NCBI GenBank assembly: GCA_050012335.1
Contig: JBEKHJ010000001.1
Span: forward strand, 1 to 60,060
Origin: Candidatus Bathyarchaeia archaeon
GTDB taxonomy: Archaea > Thermoproteota > Bathyarchaeia > Bathyarchaeales > Bathycorpusculaceae
Length of the DNA stretch: 60,060 bases
Direction of reading: 5' to 3'
The position numbers were made by a program, and so were the translations under genes. Of this stretch, positions 19,605 through 30,244 are shown in pieces. Numbering within the stretch: position 1 is the stretch's first letter; each line of letters starts with the position of its first letter. The notes beneath the pieces are model-generated. The model was given only the letters and a program-made list of their open reading frames with translations, had not been told where the DNA came from and ran no database searches.

Positions 19605-21872
19605 CTATGGAAAGGATCTGCAATAGATTTCACTGCCACCATCTGAATAAACCATGCTATCACTGGCAAAGATTTGCGAGTAATCGGTTGAGTTCTCTAT
19701 AACTGTGTACCCCACGACTTTGCCATATTCAGTTGATATACTACCGAAGAAGAACAGAGGATTTTGGACTGGAAAGTATTGAGCCGTAGGGACTAACTCA
19801 CTCAGATTTTCAGGAGCAACTAATCCGTAACTATTTAGATAGCGTCTTGAAACTTGATCCGCGAACACCCTTGATGTGTTGCTAGCGTACTCAGCCATCC
19901 AACTACAGGCAGAGATTTCCCGCGAATCTGGATCAAGACTTAGCATGGTAATTGACCAATTGTCACGGTTTCTACTCAAGGCAATGGAAATCGGCGCGTC
20001 GCCGCTGATTTCGTAGACGAATCCAACCTGAAACAAGAAAAAGCAAACTAACATAGCTGCTATAACGGATATCAATATTTTCTTAAAGTGCAAATTTGCA
20101 GTTTTGCCAATTCCAACACGTATCAAAAATTGGGCAATTCCTAGCCAACCTATAACACAAAACGGAGCTAGTATGAGAAGCGCTATGTGATAAAATCTCG
20201 AGATGTTTAGACTTGCAGCAAAATTGGGAAGAACAATGCTCGCAAATAGGATTAGCAGGCCACCAATAGCCATTGCAGAATATTCACGGGCGAACTGAGA
20301 CCTTTTGCGCTCTTTAACCAATACAATCAGCCCAGCTACAATAAAAAGCTGCAGTGCATAGAACAAATACTGGGCAATTTGATGGGCAGGGGAAGTTGCG
20401 ACTGGCACCAAACCGCCTACGCCGGGACCGGAAACATTTGATATAATGGCATTATACATGAAGTTTAATGCGTCTGCCAGACTCGTGGATGCTCCAGGAA
20501 CAACAAACAAGTACCATACAATGCCCACCACGGCGTATCCTAAAACAAATTTGCCAGTGACAAGCTGCTGACTCTCGTCATCATCACGTTTGAAGTAGCG
20601 GGAAATTGAATAGGCAACCATAATCAGGAAAAGGAATATGTAGACAATAGCGTAATGTGACAGGATTATTCCGATGCTGAAAACCACTAGCAGGAGCTTT
20701 CTATAGAATAAGTCAATCTTCTTGTCCACAATCAAGAGTAGCGAAAGAACCAAGAAGAACTCGCCGATCATTTCTCTAGCAAGCCCTAGCATTTGAACGT
20801 AGAACGTGTCCATCGACATTAGAAGGAAGACGCCCAAAAAAGCAACTAAGGGACTTGTCTGCTTGCGGTAAACAAAGTACAAAGTCACGGGTACGAGCAA
20901 GTAAATTAGAGGAAAAACCACTTTAAATATCCATGTTATGTCAAAGTTTAAGAAATGCCCATAAATAACTGGCAAAATCGTAATACTTACCATTCCGCTA
21001 TAAGGATTAAGAATACTTTTGTTCCAAAATGAGCTCATGAAAGTTATGTGTGCATAATAGGTTTCCAGGTGCACATCATAACCAACAAGAAAGCTAGATA
21101 CGAGAGAAATGTGAAAAAGAAGAAAGAAAGCTATGACGAGAATCACGAGAGGATAATAGTCTGCCGGAATCAGTCTATTTGACAAGGCACAAAAAACGAT
21201 TAATGAAGTCAGGATAACTAACAGCATTAGGACAACGGAGTTGTCCGTGACACGCGCCAACTCGGTGCCTATCAGAGTAGCAATGAGAATGGAAACCAGT
21301 ACAATAATTAGCAGCATCTGTCTCACGGAGAACTTGTGTCTCACAGAGAACAGAAGCGAAGGACCTGGTGATTTACACTTAGTCCACAGGAATACGCATG
21401 CAACGACAACGCAAAAATTGATCGCAAATATTATCGTGAATGTAGAGAGTGGTTTCTGGAATCCAAGAATTGGCAGTACTGTATTTAGCAGCAACCCGAT
21501 TGACATTAGAAAGAAAATACTGGTACCTGCTGAGAAAAGAAGAGTAGTATGTAAACTTGGTAACTTGATCTTGGCAATTTTCAGACACAGATATCCAGGA
21601 ATGAAAGTAAGAAAAAGAAAACCAAGCACTTGTCTGGCCACGAAAATATCCAACACTATAGAAACTGCCGTGGCCAGCTGAATGATTAAAATTGTCAGAA
21701 GAATGGTCCTAGATATTGGCAGAAAATCAGGTTCCGAATTATCTGTCTTTCTGAATTGGTTCAGAATCGCTCTTAGAATCGCTCTTGCATTTTCTATACC
21801 TGTTAACAACCATGAAATGAGCCCTTCTCGAGAGCTAACGGAGGTTGCTGGCTCTGAGGATCCTTCTGGCAA
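19605..21872 (-). CDS. DUF2206-family polytopic membrane protein
   Basis: More than 12 TM helices; GYDVHLE, FKVVFP, LAREMIGE, LSHY, ISRFYH motifs. Confidence 0.8.
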   Translation of the reverse strand: MPEGSSEPATSVSSREGLISWLLTGIENARAILRAILNQFRKTDNSEPDFLPISRTILLTILIIQLATAVSIVLDIFVARQVLGFLFLTFIPGYLCLKIAKIKLPSLHTTLLFSAGTSIFFLMSIGLLLNTVLPILGFQKPLSTFTIIFAINFCVVVACVFLWTKCKSPGPSLLFSVRHKFSVRQMLLIIVLVSILIATLIGTELARVTDNSVVLMLLVILTSLIVFCALSNRLIPADYYPLVILVIAFFLLFHISLVSSFLVGYDVHLETYYAHITFMSSFWNKSILNPYSGMVSITILPVIYGHFLNFDITWIFKVVFPLIYLLVPVTLYFVYRKQTSPLVAFLGVFLLMSMDTFYVQMLGLAREMIGEFFLVLSLLLIVDKKIDLFYRKLLLVVFSIGIILSHYAIVYIFLFLIMVAYSISRYFKRDDDESQQLVTGKFVLGYAVVGIVWYLFVVPGASTSLADALNFMYNAIISNVSGPGVGGLVPVATSPAHQIAQYLFYALQLFIVAGLIVLVKERKRSQFAREYSAMAIGGLLILFASIVLPNFAASLNISRFYHIALLILAPFCVIGWLGIAQFLIRVGIGKTANLHFKKILISVIAAMLVCFFLFQVGFVYEISGDAPISIALSRNRDNWSITMLSLDPDSREISACSWMAEYASNTSRVFADQVSRRYLNSYGLVAPENLSELVPTAQYFPVQNPLFFFGSISTEYGKVVGYTVIENSTDYSQIFASDSMVYSDGGSEIYCRSFP

Positions 21873-21874
21873 TT

Positions 21875-23086
21875 CTAATCCTTCTTTTGAATTACTTGAT
21901 CATACAGCGAGATAAGGTCATTACCTATCTTCTCGGGCAAGAACCAATTAACCAGATTTCCAGACTTTGTAGCCATTTCTCTCAGTTTTTCCGGCGAACC
22001 TCCCAATTCGATAGCCGAGTCGGCTAGTTCTTGGACGTCATTTCTCACGACTACTCCACCCGAATCTCGGGCAAATTCCATTCCTGCGACACCTACCGAA
22101 GTTGTTAGCAAGGGCAACGCTGCCTTGAAATAATCCAGAAATCTACTCCGTATCCCCTCAGCCCTGAAGATTGGGACTAACGCAAAATCCGCAGCGTTCA
22201 GATACTCCTGTAGATCTTCCACATATCCAGTGTAAATGAAGGATTCATCATCAACTGGCGGAACTTTACCATAGTAGCCAATTATCATGAATTTAACCTT
22301 TAGTTGCGAATGATTCTGAATGATTCGTGATATGCTGCTCAAGTTTCTAAGAGCATCTATGTTGTAGCGTTCTGACAACATGCCGTGAAAAACTATGACG
22401 ATTGTCCCTCCTTCTATATTCAATTCTGCACGAATAGTAGTCTTTGATTTTCTTATCTTTTGCTCACCCAAGTAAACTGCGTTTGGAATTGCAATTACTT
22501 TTCTAGGGGGTATCCCCCATGAAACGAGAAAGGTTTTAAGCTCTTCGGTAGGGGTCAAATATCTATTAATCGACTTGTCTAGAATCTTTAAGGCGATTTT
22601 AGACATAAAAAATTGAAGCGATTCTGCCCGTTCAGGCAACACTTCCAAACCAGGAAGAAATGGTCTTGCATGAAAATCTGCTATGGTAGGCGTATTTGTA
22701 AACTTCCCCACAAGTGCACCAATCCAGACTGTGTCATTGGCACAGTGAATCACGTCTACGTTGTTCTTCTCAACAACTCTTTTCACAAAAGTGAAGTATT
22801 CAACCATAAGTGTTAGTAAGTAAAGAAATCGAAAGTTGTCTCTCAGAAACTGATGCCCAAGGGGCATTGAATCAACGAGAATTCCATCATGAGCAAAACC
22901 CGATGTTCTAGTCTTGTCGCAATATTCTATGCTATCAGTCGGTTGCCAAGTAACTATACTGACATTACTAACCCGATTTTTGATGGCTCTCGCAAAATTT
23001 AGTGTTCTTATGGCTGTTCCGCCAATCGGAAAGAATCGTGCATTTAAGAAACATACGTGAAATCGGTGCATTGTTAAACGGATCAC
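21875..23086 (-). CDS. Glycosyltransferase family 4
   Basis: PIGGTAIR, IPNAV, ADFALVP...GIRSRFLDYFKAALP. Confidence 0.88.
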   Translation of the reverse strand: MIRLTMHRFHVCFLNARFFPIGGTAIRTLNFARAIKNRVSNVSIVTWQPTDSIEYCDKTRTSGFAHDGILVDSMPLGHQFLRDNFRFLYLLTLMVEYFTFVKRVVEKNNVDVIHCANDTVWIGALVGKFTNTPTIADFHARPFLPGLEVLPERAESLQFFMSKIALKILDKSINRYLTPTEELKTFLVSWGIPPRKVIAIPNAVYLGEQKIRKSKTTIRAELNIEGGTIVIVFHGMLSERYNIDALRNLSSISRIIQNHSQLKVKFMIIGYYGKVPPVDDESFIYTGYVEDLQEYLNAADFALVPIFRAEGIRSRFLDYFKAALPLLTTSVGVAGMEFARDSGGVVVRNDVQELADSAIELGGSPEKLREMATKSGNLVNWFLPEKIGNDLISLYDQVIQKKD

Positions 23087-23109
23087 TCGGCAATTGAATT
23101 TTGGTTCTG

Positions 23110-23793
23110 TTATGGAGTTTTTCCAATTTGATTATGTATAAGTTCGTCCAAATGCTGCTGTACAAATACAAAAGGCGCTTCCGCGCTTACCGTTGGTACT
23201 TCCAGATAATGGCTGATTATTTGATACTCGTTTCTCTTTCTGCGCAAGTATCCTAATCCTAACACATCGTTTTTTCTTCTCTGCACAGTCTTTTCGTTGA
23301 CGTCAATGTTCACCAAAAGCAGCGAACGAGGCATTAATCTGAACATTAACTGCCCCACCAGACTCTTGTGGAGTTCACGGTCATTGGTATCAACCATTAA
23401 GTCAACCACAATATCTGGGATAAAACGATCGCACACGACGGTGAACCCTCGCCAAAGCAGTGGTTTAACCAGCAAATTCACGAAGATCAGGGCATCTAAG
23501 AACTGAACCCACGGCCAAATTCCAGAAATCGCCTTGTTCTCATAGTATTTGTGTTCGGAAACGATAAGTCCACTCTTCGTTTGATGAGTTGTTGTAAACC
23601 CCAACATGCGGCTAGCTATCATGAACGGATACGCAAAAAAATAGGCGGTGCCAAACCAAACGTATTTGCACTTGATTCCAGATTTATGCAGATTATCGAT
23701 CAGTTCTCTAGCGTGAGTTGTTTTCCCACTGCCATCTATTCCAATTAGGCAAATCATCTTTTTTCCAATTGGAGATTCCAGTAGCTGCCTCAT
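23110..23793 (-). CDS. Thymidylate-kinase-like P-loop kinase
   Basis: GIDGSGKTT Walker A; VVCDRF. Confidence 0.85.
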   Translation of the reverse strand: MRQLLESPIGKKMICLIGIDGSGKTTHARELIDNLHKSGIKCKYVWFGTAYFFAYPFMIASRMLGFTTTHQTKSGLIVSEHKYYENKAISGIWPWVQFLDALIFVNLLVKPLLWRGFTVVCDRFIPDIVVDLMVDTNDRELHKSLVGQLMFRLMPRSLLLVNIDVNEKTVQRRKNDVLGLGYLRRKRNEYQIISHYLEVPTVSAEAPFVFVQQHLDELIHNQIGKTP

Positions 23794-24917
23794 TGCCTTA
23801 TCCCTCCTAGATCACGAGCCTGTGCAAAAGACGGCTCCCTTGATCTAATGCTTCTTTCTCTCAAAACGTTGGATGCAACCCAATCTAAATGCCTAAACCG
23901 CCTATATAGAGACAGATCGGATTCGCCAAGAACTCTTTGGATAAAAAAGAGAACTGATAGGCTATATGGAATCTGTAGAGGCGTGCAGCCAGAGCTAAAA
24001 GGTCTCAAGGTTCTTTGAAATAATTTGAAGCAACCGTAGTTCGTTTCCTCAATCTTGATAAGTCTGTCTTGTGACAGCATATTTCTTCCAGATAATTCTT
24101 TGTATATGAGGTTCACAAGAAGTATCGTTAAACAAAAAGCATTATTCCAATTAAGTCTGCTTGCGTGGTCAAACATATAGTCCCAGTTTATGTTGGAGGT
24201 TCTGAGTTTCGAGGTTATCTTAAGTAAGTCTGCTATTTTGACTTCATGGTTCTCGAAGAAAAGATGAGCGCAGGTAATGAGAATGCAGTCCTCCGAAGAA
24301 GGGACGGAAAAACCGTCATAATCATCAGATATATTGCTTCTACGCCAAAGATAAGAAGAGTCTGCGAATTGTGTTCCTTCCCACTCTACTCTAGTATGAA
24401 TATGCAGGGGCAGTACATCTGGCGTTCGCGCGTTTCTGAACAAATATTTGTGCTGTTCTCTTACTTGAGGAAGTTCGGAATATCCAGCTCTTCTCAGTAA
24501 CTTCACAACCTCTCCCAGCATATTGGGTTTTATTAGAATATCGAGGTTGTCGCTTTCGTAGGGAAAATATCCATCGGACTTAATCAACATGAAATCAATG
24601 TCGTTTTCAGAGAATTCGCGTTTGATTTCTCTGAAAGCAACCTGGTCCCTTTCGCTTTTTAGACTTATGTCGTCGCAAAAGACTTTGACACGTGGGAAAG
24701 CCCTGAAGATCCTATCCTTCAAGACAGGATCCAATTCCAGTTTTTTCTGAAAATTCATGACAACCTTATTGTGACGCAAGGTTTCGATCAAACATGACTC
24801 TTTGAGGCTACTAAACTGCTGCCACAGATCCCTTTTTCCTATGAGACAGGGATCAAGGAAATATGCAACCGTCTCAGTTTCAATGCCGCATTCTTTCAAT
24901 TTTAGCCATCTCTGCAT
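23790..24917 (-). CDS. Nucleotidyltransferase family protein (NTP_transf_5-like)
   Basis: FMLIK...ESDNLDILI, LHIHTRVEW, EDCILITCAH. Confidence 0.78.
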   Translation of the reverse strand: MQRWLKLKECGIETETVAYFLDPCLIGKRDLWQQFSSLKESCLIETLRHNKVVMNFQKKLELDPVLKDRIFRAFPRVKVFCDDISLKSERDQVAFREIKREFSENDIDFMLIKSDGYFPYESDNLDILIKPNMLGEVVKLLRRAGYSELPQVREQHKYLFRNARTPDVLPLHIHTRVEWEGTQFADSSYLWRRSNISDDYDGFSVPSSEDCILITCAHLFFENHEVKIADLLKITSKLRTSNINWDYMFDHASRLNWNNAFCLTILLVNLIYKELSGRNMLSQDRLIKIEETNYGCFKLFQRTLRPFSSGCTPLQIPYSLSVLFFIQRVLGESDLSLYRRFRHLDWVASNVLRERSIRSREPSFAQARDLGGIRQ

Positions 24918-26137
24918 GTTACTGTTTCTCTCAACAATTCTTCGAAGTTATGCGTCACATCATCCCAGTCATAAAGACCCGAAACAAAATGCTTTGCTTT
25001 CTCCCCGATCTGAGCAGCTTCTTCGGGGTGATCAGCAAGAAACAAAATAACTTGAGCCAATGCTTGCGCATTGTTTGGTTCAACCAATATCCCTCGCCCA
25101 TTACCAACGATTTCGGAAAGAGTTCCGAGACTTGTGGTAATCACAACCTTCCCCAAATTCATGGCTTCCAGAACAGATAATGGAGGTTCGCTGAAAACGA
25201 TCTTGAAAGGGAGTACAATAACATCAGAGATTAGCAGGTAGTTGATCAGCTGATCTTTGTTCATAATACCGGGAAGAATTTGGACGTTGTTTTCAATCCC
25301 CGTTTGTCTTATCAGTTTTCTTAAATAATCTTCTTCGCTCTTGAGATGCCTATTTTCAGCTGAAGTACCGTTTGTCTTTCGTCTGGAAAGAATTACCAAT
25401 TTTACATTTTTCTTGGATGCCAATATTTTCCGCATACTCAGAACAGCAGTATCAGTCCCTCTCAAGGTGCAAGGTGAACCAAAATACGTGACGATGAACT
25501 CTGTTTGCCCAAAGCCAAATGTGGATCGCGGTAAACCTCTTTCTCCCTCGGATTTGGAGTCTATTCTTTCTATCGTTGAAGGGAGTACTCGGATCTTTTC
25601 TGGATTAACACCTATTTTGCACATGGAATTCTTAAGAGATTGGCCGGGAACAATTATTCTATTAATAAATCTCGAGTTAGCAACACGTTTCATAATGAAT
25701 TTCGGATACATTATTGTAAGTAGTTGAGGAAGAAACAGATTGTGATCAAGATTTAGCAACTCGCGAAAGGAAAGACGGCCTAAACTCCTTAAGGCTGGGA
25801 TGTCCATATCTATATCCCAGATGACAGGCTTTCCAATGGTTCTGAGCTGATTCAAATATATCGCGCTGAGAGGACTTCCATACCAGATAACTACGTCAGG
25901 GTTATCTTTCAATACGACTTTTGCGAGTTCTCGTTTTCCAAAGATTCCCACTAATGTAAGTCGATTGATCCGCGTAACACTTATTCCATCTATCTCTTCA
26001 AACTCACTGGAATTTGGGGTTCTGTCAGATATAATGAAAACAGAGAAACCCCTTTTCGCTGCCATTCGCTTTGATATGGCGAAAACACGGTGCCAAGGTT
26101 GAAGCAGAAGCGAACGGCGACTGAAGCCTTCACACAC
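24902..26137 (-). CDS. Glycosyltransferase family 4
   Basis: SDVIVLPF...PPLSVLEAMNLGKVVITT. Confidence 0.9.
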   Translation of the reverse strand: MCEGFSRRSLLLQPWHRVFAISKRMAAKRGFSVFIISDRTPNSSEFEEIDGISVTRINRLTLVGIFGKRELAKVVLKDNPDVVIWYGSPLSAIYLNQLRTIGKPVIWDIDMDIPALRSLGRLSFRELLNLDHNLFLPQLLTIMYPKFIMKRVANSRFINRIIVPGQSLKNSMCKIGVNPEKIRVLPSTIERIDSKSEGERGLPRSTFGFGQTEFIVTYFGSPCTLRGTDTAVLSMRKILASKKNVKLVILSRRKTNGTSAENRHLKSEEDYLRKLIRQTGIENNVQILPGIMNKDQLINYLLISDVIVLPFKIVFSEPPLSVLEAMNLGKVVITTSLGTLSEIVGNGRGILVEPNNAQALAQVILFLADHPEEAAQIGEKAKHFVSGLYDWDDVTHNFEELLRETVTCRDG

Positions 26138-26177
26138 TATTGCGATCCTCAGCTTCTCTCTACCTCAACTCTTTGTG

Positions 26178-27374
26178 CTATCTACTCTCTCTCACGCTTT
26201 TGTATAAATCAATGTATTTGTTGCTTAAAACTTCCCAGTTGTGATGCTGCTTTACGTATTCGTATGCGTTTTGACCCATCCTATCTCGAAGTCTTTTATC
26301 GGACAAAAGAGTCCCTATTTTAACTGCAAGATCTTTCGAGTCTCTGGGTCGTGCAAGAAAGCCGCTGTACTGGTCTTTAACAATTTCCCTTGTAAACGGA
26401 AAATCAAAAACCACGACAGGTTTTTCCAGTGCCATGGCTTCTAGAACTGACACCGGTTGAGCTTCTCGGAGACTGGGAAATACAGCAACGTCTGCTGCCA
26501 AGATTTCTTCCATTAACTGATTACGGTCCACTTGACCATGGAGGAATATTCTGTCTTTCAGACCCCGACTCAGGATTAATGCTTGAATCTTCTCTTTCAT
26601 CGGGCCTGCTCCAAACATGTTCAGTCTCAGATTTGGATGATTGGGAATTAGATTCTCAAATGCTTGTAGGAGGTAAGTGATTCCCTTATAGTAGTACAAA
26701 CGTCCAGCGAATATTACTGAGGTCGTTGTCACATTTTCCTTCTTCTTGAAGCGATTTTTTATATCTTGGATTTTTCCGAAATCTATTCCGTTGGGAATCA
26801 CCAGTGACTTTCCCAAATCAATATTCCTGTAAAGGGTACTTAATTCGTTGAGCGTTGTCTTGCTGCAGGTTATTATTTTGTCTGAATTGCGCAAACCAAC
26901 CTTGACAAGTGCATCGTTCAAGGGAAACTCAAGAAAGCTGTATCCAAAATCCCCGATGGTCCAAGAGTTGGCTGGTGAATTCGCGAAAGCCCTAAGGTCA
27001 TAAAAAGGAACGCCATGATAAGATGTTATTAGCGGTATTTTCAATTTCCTCTTCAAATAGACGCTCAGAAACGCCATTTGATGGCTAACTGAATGAATTA
27101 TCCCATAATCTCTTCGTTGCTTTAAGATGTTAAGGAAATTCTGGGCTTGAAACCAAAGAAATCGAGGCGGCAGATCAAGACAGGGTAACCTGACTATTTC
27201 TAAATAGTCATTTGGCTTCTCAATAGCAATTTTGTTGGACGCCCCACAAAAAACGGTTGTGTGGATCTTCCGTTTGGAAAGATTGCAAGCCAAATCCCAA
27301 GTGACGGCACCTATTCCTCCGAATAGAAAGGGCGGAAATTCTTCTGAAAGCAACGCGACTTTGGGATTAGACAA
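26178..27374 (-). CDS. Glycosyltransferase family 4
   Basis: EFPP..GGIG, IPNGID, FAGRL..YKG, FPSLREAQPVSVLEAMA. Confidence 0.93.
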   Translation of the reverse strand: MSNPKVALLSEEFPPFLFGGIGAVTWDLACNLSKRKIHTTVFCGASNKIAIEKPNDYLEIVRLPCLDLPPRFLWFQAQNFLNILKQRRDYGIIHSVSHQMAFLSVYLKRKLKIPLITSYHGVPFYDLRAFANSPANSWTIGDFGYSFLEFPLNDALVKVGLRNSDKIITCSKTTLNELSTLYRNIDLGKSLVIPNGIDFGKIQDIKNRFKKKENVTTTSVIFAGRLYYYKGITYLLQAFENLIPNHPNLRLNMFGAGPMKEKIQALILSRGLKDRIFLHGQVDRNQLMEEILAADVAVFPSLREAQPVSVLEAMALEKPVVVFDFPFTREIVKDQYSGFLARPRDSKDLAVKIGTLLSDKRLRDRMGQNAYEYVKQHHNWEVLSNKYIDLYKSVRESR

Positions 27375-27467
27375 TCCTTGAGCTCCATTTGTTTAAAGCA
27401 GGCAATTCTATATCGGTTCATTGAGAACACGCGCGCTATCTGGGTTCTGAATGTAGCAGAAAAAGGT

Positions 27468-28688
27468 TCACGAGACTCTTCGAGTGTTTTCGATTTTCTC
27501 CCATTTATACTTCGGGCCGGAAAGAAGCAGTGATAACAGACTGAATAGGAGAATCAACTCCATCGAAATCAAATCTATAATGGACACAATCATATGAAAA
27601 CTTGAATTGCTCTTCGCGTTCTTCAGTGTGATATCTGTAGCAGGGGAATTAATTTTGAGAGAGGCGAAAACGACAAAACCTGTCAATACCAGCAAGACTA
27701 ATGGCAGGAAGACTGAAAAGAGATTGAAATAGAAAAACACTATCAGCAAATAGCTTGCTAAACAAACCGCAGTCAAAACAGGCGAAATTATGTTCATAAA
27801 GAACTCGAATGGCATTATTACTGAAGAAAATTTTCCATATTCTCTTTTGAAAAGCAGATTGCTGCATCTTAGAAGAGTCTGCTGGTTGCCTTGCCCTCGC
27901 CTAATTTTGTGTTTCATTCGTGTAGAAAATGTTGATGGGGAATATTCAAAGAAGAGTATGCTTGGGTCATAAACGGCGCGGAATCCCTTCTTTCTTGTCT
28001 GAACCGTCAATTCCATATCATCGCAAATACTGTTACATGGGATTGTTCCAAGCAATTCTCTCCGGTAGGCAGAGAACTCGCTTTCACACATCATCACCGA
28101 ATCCAGATTTGTTTCGCCTAGCCTTAATGTGTTGTAGAAATTTCTGTATCCTTGCTCTAACTTGGTAGATGAGGACTCATCAGGGTTCTGGATTACCTCA
28201 ATCCCTGAAACTGCACCAACCGCTGCGTCGTTGAAGTTAGCGGTTGCCTGCAACAACGCGTCTTTGCTAACCATGACATCAGCATCGGAAAGAACAACGA
28301 TGTCACTACTGCAATTCTTCAGCGCGTAATCCAGCGCCGCCGATTTTCCCAACCTTTCCTCTTGTGTAAGCAAACGGATTCTCGTTTTATTTTCCTTCTG
28401 CATTAAGTCATTGACTATCGATCTGGTATTATCAGTCGAGCCGCTATCAACAACTAGAATTTCAAATTTGTCTCGCGGATAATCCAAGCCCAAAGTGTTG
28501 TCAAGTTTTCTTGGAAGTACTTTCGCTTCATTGAAAGTCGCAATTACCATTGTCAAAGTTGGGAAAAAAGGCTTCTTTTTAATTGTTGAAGGCTTTCTTG
28601 CAAATGTTATGGTAAGTAGAAAATATGATAGTAACCCTACCCAAAGAGCTAGAAAGGTTCCGACAAAGACAAGTTCAACTATATACAT
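27468..28688 (-). CDS. Membrane-bound processive-type GT2 (PgaC/cellulose-synthase-like)
   Basis: IATFNE, VVDSGSTD, GKSAAL, SDAD, CDD, KIRR; N- and C-terminal TM helices. Likely start ATG 28688 (track start 28832). Confidence 0.88.
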   Translation of the reverse strand: MYIVELVFVGTFLALWVGLLSYFLLTITFARKPSTIKKKPFFPTLTMVIATFNEAKVLPRKLDNTLGLDYPRDKFEILVVDSGSTDNTRSIVNDLMQKENKTRIRLLTQEERLGKSAALDYALKNCSSDIVVLSDADVMVSKDALLQATANFNDAAVGAVSGIEVIQNPDESSSTKLEQGYRNFYNTLRLGETNLDSVMMCESEFSAYRRELLGTIPCNSICDDMELTVQTRKKGFRAVYDPSILFFEYSPSTFSTRMKHKIRRGQGNQQTLLRCSNLLFKREYGKFSSVIMPFEFFMNIISPVLTAVCLASYLLIVFFYFNLFSVFLPLVLLVLTGFVVFASLKINSPATDITLKNAKSNSSFHMIVSIIDLISMELILLFSLLSLLLSGPKYKWEKIENTRRVS

Positions 28689-30039
28689 GATTTTCGTCAG
28701 TCCAAGTAGTTCTTTTGTCTGTATTTGAGGCACATATTTTTCTTGGCAACTCAATGAGTATCTCATTGTCGCAAGCAATTGAACTAAGAAGTTCTTCATA
28801 CAACGGAAGCCCTTTACTATCGAGGAGACCATATTCAGGGTGAATGAGCAAAACGCATGCGCCTCCTAATTCCTTGATCACCGTTAGAGTGGTGAGATAG
28901 GCTGCAACAACTTCTTTTGGAGCATAACCTAAGACATAAAGGAATTGGTGATCTTGCATTATCGTGACTGGTAATTCCCTAATTCCTGAGATGGATATTG
29001 GAAAAATGGTGCCTATTCCGTGACAGCGCATTGTCCGCGGATGCTTCGCCTCCCAAGTAGGAACAGAGGTATCATATTGATATCCGCAATCCTTTAGGCT
29101 CGAAAAGATGTCGGGATTGTGTTGAAGTAATGGAGCTCGAAAACCAACTACTTTGTTCTTGACTATTTTCTCAAGAGCGCTCTTGGAGTCTTGAAGTCTA
29201 GCAGTTAAGGTCTTTTCAGAAAGAGAAGAAAGACGGCCATCATGTTTCGTATCATGCGATCCGACCTCGCCGCTATTTGCCAGAGTCGCGATAGTTTCCC
29301 GATCCAGTGAATACTCAGCTGAGGGAATGTACCATGCTGAACTAATATCATATTTCTCTTCAAGCTTCTTTATTTTCACTGATCTGAAAAGCCCAGCTCT
29401 TGTTTCTACATCGTGAGTTATTGCACATACGCATTTCTTGTTTTGCCCCCAGCCTCTCAGCCTGATTTTTTTCTCCGACAGATGTTCAATCTTTCTTAAT
29501 AGTTCAAATCGCAAAGCATCTATAGGCAGGATATTGCTTACGTTAAAATCCTTGGCAATGCTGCCTCGTTTCATGAGAGTATTTCGGAAGCGCCTTGGAA
29601 TGATATTGTAAGGCAAGGGCAAAGTTGTAAACAAAGTGTAACTTAGAGATGCTTTTGCACAAAGTGTTTCTCTCATTATTCTCTTGTATTCGTTTACAAT
29701 GTCAAATGCAAGTATGGCAGAGAGGTCTTCGTTTTCTTTTGGAAAGACTTTGCATTCGTAGGTTAGTTCAGGAATAATGCTCAAAGCTAACTCTGAGGTA
29801 GCACGCACAGAGTAATTCCCATGTTTTTTCGTCACACAACGATTGGTACTTTTTGTCCATCGATCAAAGCTAGCTGAACATGATGGGATTACAATTGTCT
29901 GTGAAAAAGCTGATGGGTTTTTGCCATATACGATTGTGACATCAGATTCATCGTGAGGTGTGTAGCTAATGTCCCAGGGAGACAGCAATTCTTGGATAAT
30001 TTGCTCTTCTCGCTCATCGGCAGCGATACTTACTTTCAT
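28675..30039 (-). CDS. Polysaccharide deacetylase family protein
   Basis: THDVET, EVGSHDTKH, GFRAP, YDTS, LLIHP. Confidence 0.88.
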   Translation of the reverse strand: MKVSIAADEREEQIIQELLSPWDISYTPHDESDVTIVYGKNPSAFSQTIVIPSCSASFDRWTKSTNRCVTKKHGNYSVRATSELALSIIPELTYECKVFPKENEDLSAILAFDIVNEYKRIMRETLCAKASLSYTLFTTLPLPYNIIPRRFRNTLMKRGSIAKDFNVSNILPIDALRFELLRKIEHLSEKKIRLRGWGQNKKCVCAITHDVETRAGLFRSVKIKKLEEKYDISSAWYIPSAEYSLDRETIATLANSGEVGSHDTKHDGRLSSLSEKTLTARLQDSKSALEKIVKNKVVGFRAPLLQHNPDIFSSLKDCGYQYDTSVPTWEAKHPRTMRCHGIGTIFPISISGIRELPVTIMQDHQFLYVLGYAPKEVVAAYLTTLTVIKELGGACVLLIHPEYGLLDSKGLPLYEELLSSIACDNEILIELPRKICASNTDKRTTWTDENHVYS

Positions 30040-30244
30040 AGAATTCAGTCTCAGAATATCGGCAAAACAGAATTTACTTTCTTATGCCAAGCTTTAGATA
30101 AGTCAAAGGACCTACTATTCTCCACCAGTCTCTAAGAGATGAAGTTTTGGTGTATCTGGCCTAATGCATGTGCCAATATGTTTTTGAGCGAGATATTAGC
30201 GCGCGTTTCTTATGATTTGTGCCAATCACGCGCGCGGAGGAAAA

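Noticed and set aside
23110-24917. Lasso-peptide tailoring kinase/nucleotidyltransferase
   Set aside because: No lasso cyclase, B protein or precursor in the window; the context is glycosyltransferases.
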